A stretch of 64,000 nt of DNA from Trichosphaerium sp. ATCC 40318 (GCA_038496445.1 JALMLS010000404.1:1-64000), one strand, 5' to 3'; shown: positions 26,201-39,257, counted from the first letter of the stretch. The notes: generated by a model not told the origin, from the sequence alone. Numbers and translations: made by a program.

Positions 26201-26690
26201 TGGCATTAATCTTTAACTTGTTACGGTTTCACAGTAAGAAAATTCAAAAAAATTGTGACCTATTTGAAACCCGCATATGTTGTGAAGGCTACTTTTTAAG
26301 AGGCTACTCTTCGGAAATATGCCTTGAAAGAATTGTATAGCTGTCAGCGATTTTCCTACGACTAGACCATTGTGAGGTGACGTATGTGGACTCTTGGTTG
26401 TTGATTACAACTTGACATGCCTATTGTATTAGCGAAGGTTCACTGACGTATCCATCGTTGCTTAAAACGTACCAAACGTAGCTGATAAAATACATGGCAC
26501 TCGTTTCTTGATTCACTACTTTCTCAGTAATATAAACTACCGAAGTTCAATGCCTAGAGAAGCCATCATAGGCAGGCATTCAGGTAAACGCTTTTTCGTG
26601 TAGATTTACTGGTTAGGAACGCTATGACTTAAACAAGTTTGCACTCAAGTCAGTTTGTAACCGGTTTTGAAAAGTTTAACAAACTAAATC

Positions 26691-27648
26691 ATGGCCATAA
26701 ACACAGCTGGTGATATAGCCTTCACAAGTTCATGGGAGATTAGAGTGTCTACAGGTATTTTACCTGGTACAGATGTTTCAATATTGTATGATAGGTACGT
26801 GTACCCTTTTGTTTCATTTTCAGCGTCTATTTTCGCGATAAAAACAATCAGTTGTCAATCTGTGGTTTGATTTAAAAACACTTCTCTCAAAAGAGTACCA
26901 GAAGTACTTACAATAATGCCCTTATTCTCTTTTAGGCGTCGGTTACCTAATATCGCAAGCGGTGGAACGAAAATAACGGCCCACATTAAATTTAATTTGT
27001 CGAATAATACTGCGTTTTTTCAAGATTATGATCTTCTATCGTTCAAAGGAGACGTTTCGAAACCGCCACCGTTTATATGTGAGTGCGTAGTACCTCTTCC
27101 AAAGAAAGTCGCATCTCTAGACGTATGTTTTGGCGTATAGTTTAATGTTTTTTACCTAATCGATAATTTAGGTTTGGTTCAGCAACAACACAAGCGGCAT
27201 GGATACAGCTTGGGACTCTAACTTTGGATCTAACCATTCTATTTCAATTGAGCAGTACGCCAATTTAAATACGATTTTTATTTTATTATTCTAACCACGT
27301 GCTCACAGGTCATACAAACCCGCCTTTTCGCCAAAAGAAGAAACAAAAAAACCTGAAGAAAAAGTTGACAAAAAAGAAGAACAACCACCACAACCACGTG
27401 AAGATCCGGAACAGAATTGGATTGAAGTTAAAGATCCAGCTGAGGAGTACAAGGTGCCTGTAGGATATGAGGAGAAAGAAACTGTTGAAGAAGAAGAGGA
27501 AGAGCAAGATATGGAAGCACATCACTTCAACACAAGCAGGTTTTGGGTACACAAAAAGTTACTGTACTACAGTACAACTTATAGTTGCTTTAGGACCAAG
27601 CTGATCATTCAAACTTGTACCACGTTGATGATTTGGCTGATTTCATAG
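26691..27648 (+). CDS. DUF6209-like (CBM-like) domain protein with acidic tail, multi-exon
   Basis: Spliced MAINTAGDIAFTSSWEIRVSTGILPGTDVSILYDRRRLP..LDVWFSNNTSGMDTAWDSNFGSNH; the YD..RLP, WF.N and WDSN.G.N motifs recall bacterial DUF6209. Confidence 0.55.
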
Positions 27649-28018
27649 CGTAGATATACGAGAAACACTTGGCACTGCGTAGACAGCCACAAAAGAACTC
27701 AAAATTGCAACTAAACGCTTGTGGAATAATTACAAACTTAAAATACATCAGCTTTACTCCCTTGAGACAAAGACTACGTTACGTTGAAGACACCGAGCGT
27801 GTTAGTGCACTTATTATAATTAAAGTTAGTTACTACGAACAGCACAAAAGTGGGGTGAGGTGTAGAAATTTCTACTTTTGTCGATCTAAATGGAGAAATA
27901 GTCACCTTGTTCAGAAAAGCTAGTTTTGGTGCACACAGGCAGTACAACATTGGCGTGTACGAAAAAAAAAGTGTAGCGCACTTAACCAAAAACGACCGAA
28001 ACCTTCTGTAATTAGACA

Positions 28019-28603
28019 ATGACAATGACTGCGGACCTCACGACCCATTGTAAATGTGTATTAGATTCGCTCATGAGACACAAATTCTCGTTTGTCTTTA
28101 AAGGGCCAATTGAGCCTCAACTCCACACGAAACCTGAAAAAATAATAGCTTTAAAGAGTCACATGGATCTCGGGCAGATTCAAGTACGTTGATAAAAACG
28201 TTACCCCAAAAACACCCCTAACAAAGCCACAATACCACCACGCGTCGACTAAAATATACATACGACACCTATTGCTTTTTTGTAGACGGGCGGTTTGGCT
28301 GGCTTTTTGCTGTTTTTTTGATTCAATCTACATTACACGAGCACAACGTATTAGTTTTCTTAGCCCTTAACCTCTTTGGAACATTTTTACTGATAGCAAA
28401 ACTAGGCCAAGTTGGAAAATTGCCGCTACTCTACACTTGATGAATTCTATACAGATTGCGAGCTCGTATGGAACAATACTCGCGTATGCAATAACCCTTA
28501 CGACGATTTACACATTATGGCCGACGAGTTACAGCAAGTTTTTCATACTCAATGGGAAAGCAGGCTTTCTCAATGGCAAACAACCGATTGCGCAACGACG
28601 TAA
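28019..28603 (+). CDS. Small bromodomain protein (2 exons visible)
   Basis: CKCVLDSLMRHKFSFVFKGPI..MDLGQIQ|AKLENCRYSTLDEFYTDCELVWNNTRVCN..IMADELQQVF follows the bromodomain helix pattern. Confidence 0.8.
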
Positions 28604-28789
28604 CCCAAAAAGGGCTTGTTACGATGTACAGTAGACAGATTTTTGTACTTTACAAAAAAAATTCAAACGGTAAATACAATAAAACCATTATGATACCACT
28701 GAACGTACCGAAGAATGAATGAATGAACGTATGATTAAAATACTATTTTATAGAAAGCACGAGATTAAAATTTTTCCTCTCTTGAAGGA

Positions 28790-29856
28790 CTACAATACAA
28801 CACAGAGTTTATCAGCTTTTTTAAACAACGAATTCTTTTTCTTTGACTTTGGTTTGTCGTTATCCTCGTCCTACACGTAAAAAAATCAGTACTACGCGCG
28901 TAGACAAAAAAAAAACCGACTTGTTCCAATTACGTACATCTTCTACAGGACATGCTTGGCGACGGATTTCACGGACAATTTCAAAAAATGCTTCCTCTAC
29001 GTTAGTACGTTTTTTGGCAGATGTTTCCATGAAAGGGCAGCCAAAATCTATCAAAGCGTTGGTAAGAAAATGAGTTAACAAAAAAAATAAAACGGTTTTT
29101 TTTTTCTTTCATCACAGACGCCGTACTCTTTGCTAGATCAATGCCTTCTTGTGTTGTTACTTCACGATCTGCCTCTAGATCGCATTTGTTGCCAAGAACA
29201 ATCATTGGGTAAGTATCCTAAAGCGGCGGTTAGCTCGTTTTGGTTTTCCTTGTGCAGCAAATGGCTATGCTTCTCGCAGTTCTGCTAAGTACTTACCTCG
29301 TCCTTTACTCTAAGGATATGTTCTCTGTACCCTGATACAGCCTCGAAACTTGAATGTGTTACAACACTGTAAACGATCAAAAATCCTTTGCCGCTGCGTA
29401 TATATTGATCTCTCATAGCTGAGTACTCTTCTTGTCCAGCTAAATTAAAACGAGTTAATATCGCTGCTGTAAAACGCACACAACGCATATACGCCAGTGG
29501 GTATAGTACCTGTGTCTAAAATATCAAGTAAACAAGGCTCTTCGTCTATCTCTACTTGTTTGCGATAAGAGTTCTCAATAGTCTAAAAACACGTCAGTAC
29601 ACATTTATTAGTACACTACAAATATTGTAGAGTGTTTTAAACACCTACGGAATTGCAAAAAGCCAAAATAAAGATTTTGTTAACAAGTTGCACGTACAGG
29701 ATCATATTCTGATACAAAGTGTGATTGAGTGAGCTAGTTATTAAAAAATGTAAGCTGAAACGAAAGGTAAAGCGTTTATATTACCTGGATAGTTATTGCG
29801 CTCTTTCCTACACCACCATCTCCTACAATGACAAGTCTGAAAAGTTGCTGAGACAT
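28790..29856 (-). CDS. ras: Ras-family small GTPase (Ras subfamily), multi-exon
   Basis: [42 protein letters not shown]-terminal CaaX CVVL. Confidence 0.96.
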
Positions 29857-30184
29857 GTTTGTTGTGTTTGGTTTACGAGTTTTTGAGTCAATTCATCAAA
29901 TTTGGTTGCACGTTGGCTGAATGTTAAAAATAATCTCGTTGTTTGACGCTAGCTACGCTTAGCTTTCTTGAATATCCCTCACATGCTTTATGAGATCATT
30001 GACGCTTCGTTTTCTAATGTATTAAAGTGACAGGCGTGTTAATAATTGTTTTAATAGCATTAGATACGCCCATGTTGCTTGATATTAAACGTATAATTGT
30101 AACGCGTTGTTTTGGGTGTAAAAAGTAAGGAAACAGTTTTGATTGTCAAAAAATGAGTTTATAATTTTCGCTATCCATCTAAAC

Positions 30185-32621
30185 ATGCTCTCTCGTACTT
30201 TTATAGCCCGTGGACAACGTTCTTACTCACTTTCAAACGCCAGAACGCAGCAGAAGGCGAAATACGTATCTGTTCGTCAGTTTGGCTCTGAAGGCAAAAA
30301 ATGTCCAGGTACTACCTCATAAACGTCGTTATTTCGCAATTTACTTCCAAATCGTTTTCGCAATTTCATACGAATTGTAGTGGCGTCTCATCTGAGCAGT
30401 GAGGAGCTTATTAAAATGGAAGAAACCTACGCTGCGCACAAGTACGTACTAATAACTAGTTTCTACCATGCTGAATTCGCGTTGGAATGTACCATGCGTA
30501 GTAAAGCGTGCGAGCGATACTGTCGGTAAAATTGTCCCTATTGTCAGTTCAAACAACTTTTTTTCTTTTTTAGGCCCAAAAACACCCCTCATAGTAATTC
30601 TCTTGTTATAGTTACCATCCGCTACCAGTTGTGTTTGCCGAAGCCAGAGGTATTGAAGTTTGGGATCCGGAAGGCAAAAAATACTTTGACTTTTTGTCCG
30701 CCTATGGTGCTGTAAATCAGGTTCGCTCATCCGACTGAAACGGAGTGGTTTTAAAGCTCACAAAACGAGCATTCTTTACTTCTTGGCGTGTCAACTAAAT
30801 CCAAAAAAATAGGGACACTGTCATCCAAAGATTTTGGCTGCAATGGTTCATCAAGCATCACGTTGTTCTCTTAGTTCTCGTGCATTTTATAATGATATCT
30901 TTCCACGTTTTGCTGCTTATTGCACAAAAATATTTGGTTATGAGATGGTATTACCAATGAATACAGGAGCAGAGGCAGTAGAAACTGCTTTGAAGTTAGC
31001 CAGAAAATGGGGTTATCAAAAAGTAAGAAAAAAAAAAGAAAGAAGAAAGAAGGACTGAGTCCTCTTTTGCTCTCTTCCCTGTGTAGGTTTTTACCTAACG
31101 TCTTTTGTTCTTTGTATAGAAAGGTGTTCCAGAGAACGAAGCAATTATTGTTGCAGCAACTGGTTGCTTTCATGGTCGTACAACTACTATTATTTCAATG
31201 TCTGATGATGAAGAAGCTACACATGTACGTATTTCTTTGACAACAAACTACATTTTGTAATAGCATCATCGTTTCTAACTTGATTACTTTCTTTAGAACT
31301 TTGGACCGTTCACACCTGGTATGATGAAGGTGTGTATTCTTTTTGATCAACTGCAAGTTCAAATCATTCAAATTCTTCGAGAATAGAATCTAGATATTTT
31401 TTTTTCTTGAACACGTGACTGGTTGTTTAGTTATTAATTTCTTTTATAGGTTGAATACAATAATATTGAGGCATTAAAGAAGCTTTTTGAAAAACATGGA
31501 AAGAATATTGTTGGTTTCTTGGTAGAACCAGTACAAGGTGAAGCTGGGTAGGCATAAAAAATCACAAAGGTGAAAAACAATTTATTAACAATAACATGTT
31601 ACTAGTGTTGTTATTCCGTCAGAGACCTACTTGAAGGAGTGCTACGAGTTATGTCAAAAACATAATATACTTCTACTTTCTGATGAGGTACAAGCTGGTA
31701 TTGGACGTACAGGCAAAATGCTTTGCAGTGATCACTCTGGTAAGTGTTCTTTTTCTTGAGATGAATTTGTTTTTTGTAAAAACCGTTTCGTCAAGTTCTG
31801 TACTCATTGATTTTTTTAGGTATCAAGCCTGACGTTATCATCCTTGGTAAAGCTATTTCTGGAGGTCTTATACCACTTTCATGTGTTTTATCTTCTCGCG
31901 AAGTTATGCTCAACATTCAGTGCGTAAAAACTAACCCTTTATTGTTTCATTGCTTCTAACATGTCTATAGACCTGGAGAGCACGGTTCTACTTATGGAGG
32001 ATCTCCTCTAGCATCTGCAGTTGGTATTGCTGCATTGAATGTTGTAGTGCAAGAAGGACTAGTTGAAAACGTATGTCAATCAGTTAACAAAGAAATTCAC
32101 CTTTTGCTATTTATTTTATATTTAACTTTCACCTTAAATCTTGGTTGGAGAGTGCTCTTGCATCGTTTTTTAATTATGATTTTATAGTCAGCTGCTATGG
32201 GAAGTGTTATGCTCGCTTTCTTAACTGATATGAAGAGCCAGTATTCGTGGATTGATGACGTAAGTTTTTTTCTTACCTTACATAAAATAAGAGTTTAATG
32301 TGTCGTTTAGGTCCGTGGTAAAGGATTGTTTTGTGCCGTAGAGATTAAAAAAGACTTTAAAATGCGTGCTTGGGATATATGTATGCTATTAAAGGAACAC
32401 GGTCTCCTTGCAAAGCCAACACACGAAAATATCATTCGATTTGTAAGTGATTGATTGTTTGAGTTTTTTTGCTCTTTGTCGGTTCTCTTTTTTTTCCCTT
32501 TTTGTGTTTCTCAGTTCACTTACCTCCCTATTAGACACCACCTCTTACTATTAATGAAGCGCAGTTACGTCAATGTACTGATATAATGAAAGATGTTTTT
32601 GCCAAAGTAGATGCACAATAA
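30185..32621 (+). CDS. OAT: Ornithine aminotransferase, mitochondrial (multi-exon)
   Basis: Presequence MLSRTFIAR; [92 protein letters not shown]. Confidence 0.97.
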
Positions 32622-33059
32622 ACGATACTAACGTTGTACTTTCAAAAATTACTTGAAGTTTAAGATGGTTCTGAGGCGAGTAAAAACTTCTTCAAAGATA
32701 CTTGAAATCCCATGCTATACAAATACTTTTATTATTATCTGTAAGAGGTGTGGACGTCCGAGTATAGTAGGTAAGGTTGTTTATTAAGTATCATTACATG
32801 ACTTAACCATTTTGCATTGTATTGTGTTCTTTGTCAAAACTTTCATAACTCAATTTCGGTTGGATGATGAGGCCACTCCCTTGAATACTGGCCAGGTCGA
32901 TGCGCTCCTAACTTTAAAACAGCTACCCAAAATTATGGGTCTTAAATGTAGCCATAGACTTAATAAACAACACATTCATTTATCCATTTTGCAATTTATT
33001 TATGCTGTGCCGAGGAAAAGTACCGACAGTCAAAGCAACTTTTTTACAAAAACAGTTTT

Positions 33060-34343
33060 TCATGTATGCCTAATTGTATGAACACCAGCCAAGGCTTTAA
33101 TACCTGTATCTGTAACTGGTGTATGTGAAATATTAATTGTATGAACACCAGCTAAAGCCTTAATACCTTCATCTGTAATATATTGACAAAACCTTAAATC
33201 AATTGTGTGAACACGAGCTAAAGCCTTAATGCCTTCATCTGAAATTTCTTGACAATGGCCTAAATCAATTGTATGAACACTACCCAGGGATTTAATACCT
33301 TCATCTGTAATACCTGTACAATGCTGTAACCTTATTTCATGAACACGAGCTAAAGCCTTAATTCCTTCATCTCTAATTTCTGTCCATGAGAGATCAATTG
33401 TATGAACACCAGATAATGATTTTACACCTTCATCAGTTACACCTTTGCATGCACGTAACTTTATGTTGTGAACGCCAGCTAATGCTCTAACACCTTTATC
33501 AGTAATCTGACATCTACTTAAAGCAATTGTATGAACACCAGCCAGGGCTTTAAAACCTTCATCTGTAATACTTTTACAACCACTTAAATCAATTGTATGA
33601 ACACCAGCCAGGGCTTTAATACCTTCATCTGTGATACCCTCACACTGCTTTAAACTTATTTCATGAACACCTGCTATAGCCTTGACACTTTCATCTGTAA
33701 TACTTTTACAACCGCTTAAATCAATTGTATGAACACCAGCCAGGGCTTTAATACCTTCATCTGTAATACCTTCGCACTGTTCTAAACTTATTTCATGAAC
33801 ACCTGCCAGAGCCTTGACACCTTCATCTGTAATACCTTTACAACCACTTAAATCAATCGTATGAACACCAGATAATGCTTTAATCCCATCATCTGATATT
33901 TGTGCTTTACGGCAACTTATTTTATGTATCCCAGCAAGTTGTTTAAGATGATCATCAGTCACTCTGCAATCACAAGCAAATTCTATACTATCAATGACCT
34001 TTAAGTCTGTGAAATCAACATTGTTATCAACTGCTTTGTGCAGTGCTATTGCATAAGCGCCTTGAAGGTACCATAAAATTGATGTCTTGCTGATTTCGAA
34101 ATAAATAGAAGTTGTCTTTGTCATTATCAAACATCGAGCTTCCTTATACAGCCTTTTGAGCTCCATCATATTGTTTATCACAATGAATTCCTTTTGCTTG
34201 TATCCCAAGTGGTGTTTGGCGATATTAGATAATAATTTTGATGTACACACGACTGAATGCATAGTTAATACGGGAACAAACTGTAGAATAAGAACAATGG
34301 CCTCTATGGGGATCTCATTAAAGAATGCGCTGTTTGACTCCAT
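33060..34343 (-). CDS. F-box-like + tandem LRR protein (intact, intronless)
   Basis: FNEIPIEAIVLILQF..VVCTSKLL (F-box-like) then ~12 LRRs of 24-25 aa, consensus LAGVHTIDLSGC..ITDEGIKA. Confidence 0.9.
   Translation of the reverse strand: MESNSAFFNEIPIEAIVLILQFVPVLTMHSVVCTSKLLSNIAKHHLGYKQKEFIVINNMMELKRLYKEARCLIMTKTTSIYFEISKTSILWYLQGAYAIALHKAVDNNVDFTDLKVIDSIEFACDCRVTDDHLKQLAGIHKISCRKAQISDDGIKALSGVHTIDLSGCKGITDEGVKALAGVHEISLEQCEGITDEGIKALAGVHTIDLSGCKSITDESVKAIAGVHEISLKQCEGITDEGIKALAGVHTIDLSGCKSITDEGFKALAGVHTIALSRCQITDKGVRALAGVHNIKLRACKGVTDEGVKSLSGVHTIDLSWTEIRDEGIKALARVHEIRLQHCTGITDEGIKSLGSVHTIDLGHCQEISDEGIKALARVHTIDLRFCQYITDEGIKALAGVHTINISHTPVTDTGIKALAGVHTIRHT
33070..33890 (-). repeat. 72-75 bp coding tandem repeat (LRR units)
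   Basis: Recurrent AATTGTATGAACACCAGCCAGGGCTTTAATACCTTCATCTGT; a 150-bp two-LRR block is near-exactly duplicated between ~33525 and ~33860. Confidence 0.9.
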
Positions 34344-35229
34344 TTTTTAGCTGTGTGGCTAGGTACTGTATGCTTAAGAAGATGTATGATAGATTTTTAG
34401 CGCCCGCTGATGTTTATCCAAGGAGTACGGAAGAGGAGAGGCTATCTTGTTTATGCCCGTGAGATAGTGATCTCCGGCGTACAAAAATGATCACATTCCG
34501 TGCACCGGAGATGTTACATTTTTCACTCTTACAAACTACATGTAGGTACTTGGACATGATCCACACTATATTAAGAAGCGTTTAATAACATCGCGTTTTC
34601 TGTTTCCAATTTATAAATAACTTCGTTCAGAAAAAGCTTAAAAATAAAATTTCTTCTATGAATGGCTGTTTTTAAACTATAGTTATAATTTTAAACTCAT
34701 AAAATTATTGTGCGTAAGGGTAGTACGCACAATAACACAAACAAAAATCTTGTGTATGAGACTCGAGACTTTGCGTTACCACATAATTAATCCAGGAATA
34801 GATAAGCTATTTCCGATAAATACATTCGTTAAAAATCTAAAACCTGTACACGTTCAACATCTACTTTTTTCCCAACCGCTTTGTGTTTTATTTAGTTTAT
34901 AAAAACTGCATATTAAAGGAGGAAAAAGTAGGATTTGAATGCATGGAACTGAACACAAAGATAACACATCGTGGTATATTCATGCCATAGAAGTCATCAG
35001 ATAGCTTAAAGCGAAATAAGAAAGGTATGATGGCTACAAGCAATGTCTAATGCTAAGCTTGGTATGAATAGACTCAAACACTGTTTTATGTGATAAAAAT
35101 CTGTATTGTACAGGTACGTGTAAACTTTACTAGCGCTAAAAATAGCGCCTACCTATGCTGGTAGTAGCTCTCATGCTATCAACAGGGCCATAGCTTGCAA
35201 AATTCAGACAGCAATTCAGTACGTGCGTT

Positions 35230-35525
35230 CTTTGCATATTTTGGGCGAAACGTCTTCTCATCTTTTGAAAATTTAACGGAATCTTGTATGTACGTGTATC
35301 TCCTGGATTAATTATGTAGGTGAAATCCTCATTGGGTTCCATAGACTTTGGGATACTTGGAATGTAAGTGTTCTTCGAATTGTTGAGAAATCAATAAGGA
35401 TCTTTGACTTCAGGCTTCCAAATATATATTGCACTACCACCTTTAATAACATGACATTCATCAAGGCTTGATCCATAACCAAGGTAGATTGTCTATGGTG
35501 TTTTACCAATATTCTCGAGTGTGAG
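35230..35525 (-). pseudogene. Internal fragment of family-A F-box gene
   Basis: Reverse complement matches 25021-25280 (CTCGAGAATATTGGTAA..GAATGTCATGTTATTAAAGGTGGTAGTGCAATATATATTTGGAAGCCTGAAGTCAA); contains an in-frame stop. Confidence 0.85.
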
Positions 35526-35899
35526 TGAATGTAGTATTCGTATCATACAAGTTAGGCAAAAGTAACAAAGTGGTTTTCTTATTCTTTTCAGTAATTTCGC
35601 TTGTTTTTAAATTGTTATGTCTGCACAGAAATTTAACTTTGTACTGAGCTGGTTTTAGCTACAAAAAAAATAAACTACTGCTGCTGTAGCGACTAAACGC
35701 TCGCCACTAGTGTACATTTGTGCTACATTAACAAAGCTTGGCAAGTTTCAGTTAATGCTATCTTTGTGATTTATTATTGTATTGGGCCTTCATCTAGTAC
35801 ACTAGAATACGCGTGTTTCTTACTTTTAAAGCAACAAAACCATATTACACATACTAGAAAACATAAGTTACATCTCAACAGCAACAGGCTAGGCTTCTA

Positions 35900-36800
35900 A
35901 ACTGCAAAACTAACGTACCAAGGATTGACAACACTACCAAACCACCAGCACAACCAACGGCAATAAAAAACCACAAGCCACCAGCTACAAGTGTTAGTTA
36001 ATACTGTCTCAAGTTTTGTAGCTTCAATGAGCACATACGTTTACGGCAGGATGGTGCTCCAGCGTTTGAAGTCATAAATAGTAGAAAACCCTAATGTTGT
36101 AAGAATTGGTACTAGATAGTGACAGGTCCTCGAAAAAATAATGCAAGTGAACAAACAAAGTGAAAAAGTTGAAAGCTGTTTGCTTCCCAAAAAAGAAATC
36201 AACGCGTGTTAATGCTACAAGCAAAGCTTGGTTCTAAATGTTGTAGGAATTAATTTAAAAAACACCATCAAATGACTTTTTCTTGTCGCGTGATTTGAGT
36301 TTACGCGTTTTTGAGTGAGAAAACGTATGTACTTCTACCTCTATTGAGCCACTAGCGGAAAATAGCCACGTTTGAGAACCTTTGGCCATTGACGCGTTTT
36401 CTGTTGGTATACAACGGAAAACAGCTAAACCGCTTGTATTCAGTTTAATTAACCACTCCGTAATGTTATATGTGCCACCTAAAAGGCGAAGAGAGAAACA
36501 TTAGTCTCGAACTTTCAGGTAAAAAAGATTGTTCTTTAGTGTACCTTCAATGCAAACCACATACGTGTTATTTACCCCGTCTACTGTCGAAACAGCTTTT
36601 GCCAAACTGTAGAAGGGAGAAACGGGTACCATTTCCAGTTACATCATCTACGTGGGTGCTGACATATGTAGTAACCGGCATGGCATTGGAGAAGCACCAA
36701 AAAAACACTGTAGAGTAGGTCAATGTTGGTAAATGGAAAACCAGTGGTGGGTCGCTGTACGTACAGAAAACGAATATAACCTGAAGCATACTGTTAGAGG
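35900..36800 (-). pseudogene. Putative secreted protein, DUF1565/beta-helix-type N-terminus, frameshifted
   Basis: TYVSTHVDDVTGNGTRFS / PFYSLAKAVSTVDG..VCIEGGTYNI needs a one-base correction in a C run; GT-AG introns visible; boundaries uncertain. Confidence 0.35.
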
Positions 36801-37141
36801 CGTGACTTCGTAGATATGAAGAAACTGTAAAAAGCACCATTCACAAGCCATTACTTACTTAATTGACACGTGCTACTTAACTTGCAGATTAATGGTATGC
36901 TCGTGCCTTAACCTAGTCATTTCATATCGTTTTTAATTGTAGTATTGACCCTAAATCTAGCAATGTCATGTTGTTGCAGACATCTCAATAGGCGGAAATA
37001 TGTGTAGAACTGTTTGATTGTACTATTGACTAACATAATTAACTTCTATGAGGAAATAGTGGGTACATTTTGTTGCCATCATGTACATAACAAATGAGTA
37101 GTTTAATAAACAATGAACAATATGTTAAAACCAAACTTGAA

Positions 37142-39257
37142 TTATTTCTTTGGCCGTTTATTGTTCAACAATTTACCATTTCCAGCAGCTATAACAACTC
37201 CATTATCGTATGTTACCTTACCACTAACAATCACGTATTTGATACCCTAAATTCAAAAAAACGTTAACACAATGAGTAACTTGCACTTCAAACAAGCAAC
37301 TTTGTACCTTTGCTTTTTGTTTTGGGTTAACAAAAGTTGCTCTTTCTGCAATCTCAGTAGGCGAGAAGACAACTAAATCGGCAATGGCTCTCTGTAATAA
37401 GCGTTATACAATTATGGTAAGAGGTTATGGAAGAAATAAAGTACCTCTCTGATTACACCACGGTCATCAAGTTGGAAGAACTGTGCAGGTTTGAGTGTAA
37501 TTTTATTGATCGCTTGTGGCAGCGAAAACAACTTTTCATCTCGGGCATAGTGTCCTATTACTCTTGGGAAGGTTCCCCACTGTACACAATAAGTATAACA
37601 AGTAAGGAACTAGTATCATGACGTACAAGTCGAGGATGTGGATGAGTATCAAAAGGTAATCCATCAGAACCTGTTTAGTTGTTAGTCGTTCGGAAAAAAA
37701 CGAGAAAAAGTCAAATAATTATGAGATTTCTTATATCACGTGCCAATAACGGAAATGTCATCTTTAAGAACAGATCTTACATTTTCTTCAGACATTGTCC
37801 AATAGATGGCAGTACCAGGTTGTAAAGCAGTGATGGCTTGTTTTTGAGTTAGGTTTTTTGACTTTGCATAATCTGCCAAATACTGACCTGCAAAAAAAGT
37901 TATTGGTATGAAACGTACTGAACTACAAACCAACGGCACTGGCATCTTTTTCAGAGCCGGTTATAAGAATTTTCTCAGCGTCATTAACGTAGTGCTCAAA
38001 AAGTCTTGTTGAACTCGCATTGAAAGGATAAACATCACTGATTGCATCTTGTCCTTGAGCTTTAGCTTCACGTATGACTTCCATTGCTTTTGGTAGCAAG
38101 TGGTGACTTGATTTACCAGATGCCTTCAAGTGTGAAATCATCACAGGAGCACCAGACTATTATTACGTTAGGACTACAGAAGAAAGGTACAAGAACAAAG
38201 TTCGTACTTGTTTTCCAATGTTCAATGCCTCCTCAACCGATTCAACAAGGTGATGTCCTTCGTCCCTACGGACATTAATTAGCGTATTTAGTAACCAGCA
38301 ACGTTTACCGGGTGTGAGTTGCGTATATACCACCCATGGAATGAGAAACGGACGCTAAAGCGATGATTTCTGATGTTGGTGCGTTTTTAGCTGAAGGGTA
38401 GGCCAAGCCAGTACTAAGTCCAAATGATCCAGCAAGCAGCGCTTCCTGTAGATTTTTTTTCATATCATCCAGTTCCTGAGTATTGGCAGCTCTAGTGTTA
38501 ACTGCCTTCAAGCTCGCTTTCAAAAGAAATTAGACAAAGTAATGTACTAATGGGTCAAATAGGAGCGCTTACCCATTGATTGCTCACGGAGGGTACTGTG
38601 GCCTGTGAGTATCTTATAGTTTGTGTTGGGTCCTATCTTATTACAAGCAGCAACGTATTCAGCGACAGTACCATACAGGAACTGGTCTCTAGATGCTAAA
38701 CAAACACAGTTTGTTAGGAAAAACCTGAAACAGCTAAGAAAAAACTAAAAGTGCACTCACCTAACAAAGGAAGTGGTTCTGCCAAAGGTACGCCTTCACT
38801 TAGCTTTAGGGGCGATAGACTAATACCGCAGTTACCAACTACAACAGACGTAACCTAACAAATAGATCAACCACAGCTTTTATAAGAAAAAAACCAGGAA
38901 CCAAAGTCCCAAACCGGCTCACAACGTACACCTTGACTAATTTTGGGTGTCATAGCCCCACCTTCGAATAAGAGCAAGAAGTCATCATGTGTATGAGTGT
39001 CAATAAAACCAGGGCAAACTATTGAATCTGTTCCGTCTATTTCAACGTCTGCATGCCACTAAAACGCATAAGAAAGGCTTGAACCGTTTTCTTGGTGTAA
39101 AGCAGCGTAATTGTACCGTTTTGTCTTTATCAAGTCCAACACGTGCTATTTTACCGTCTATAACGCCTATATCACCTCGAAACGCTTCAGAACCAGTACC
39201 ATCTATTATTAATCCTCCTTGTATCAATAGATCGAAGCTACACGTATCTGTTGACAT
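37142..39257 (-). CDS. N-acyl-D-amino-acid deacylase (D-aminoacylase, amidohydrolase), multi-exon
   Basis: DLLIQGGLIIDGTG, PGFIDTHTHDD, QGVTSVVVGNCG, GLSTGLAY, YATHTRDE, ISHLK, DVYPF, IGSDG, HPHPR. Confidence 0.93.

Noticed and set aside
33070-33890. Regularly spaced repeats resembling a CRISPR array
   Set aside because: They are in-frame coding LRR units with homologous 'spacers', no cas genes are present, and the context is eukaryotic.
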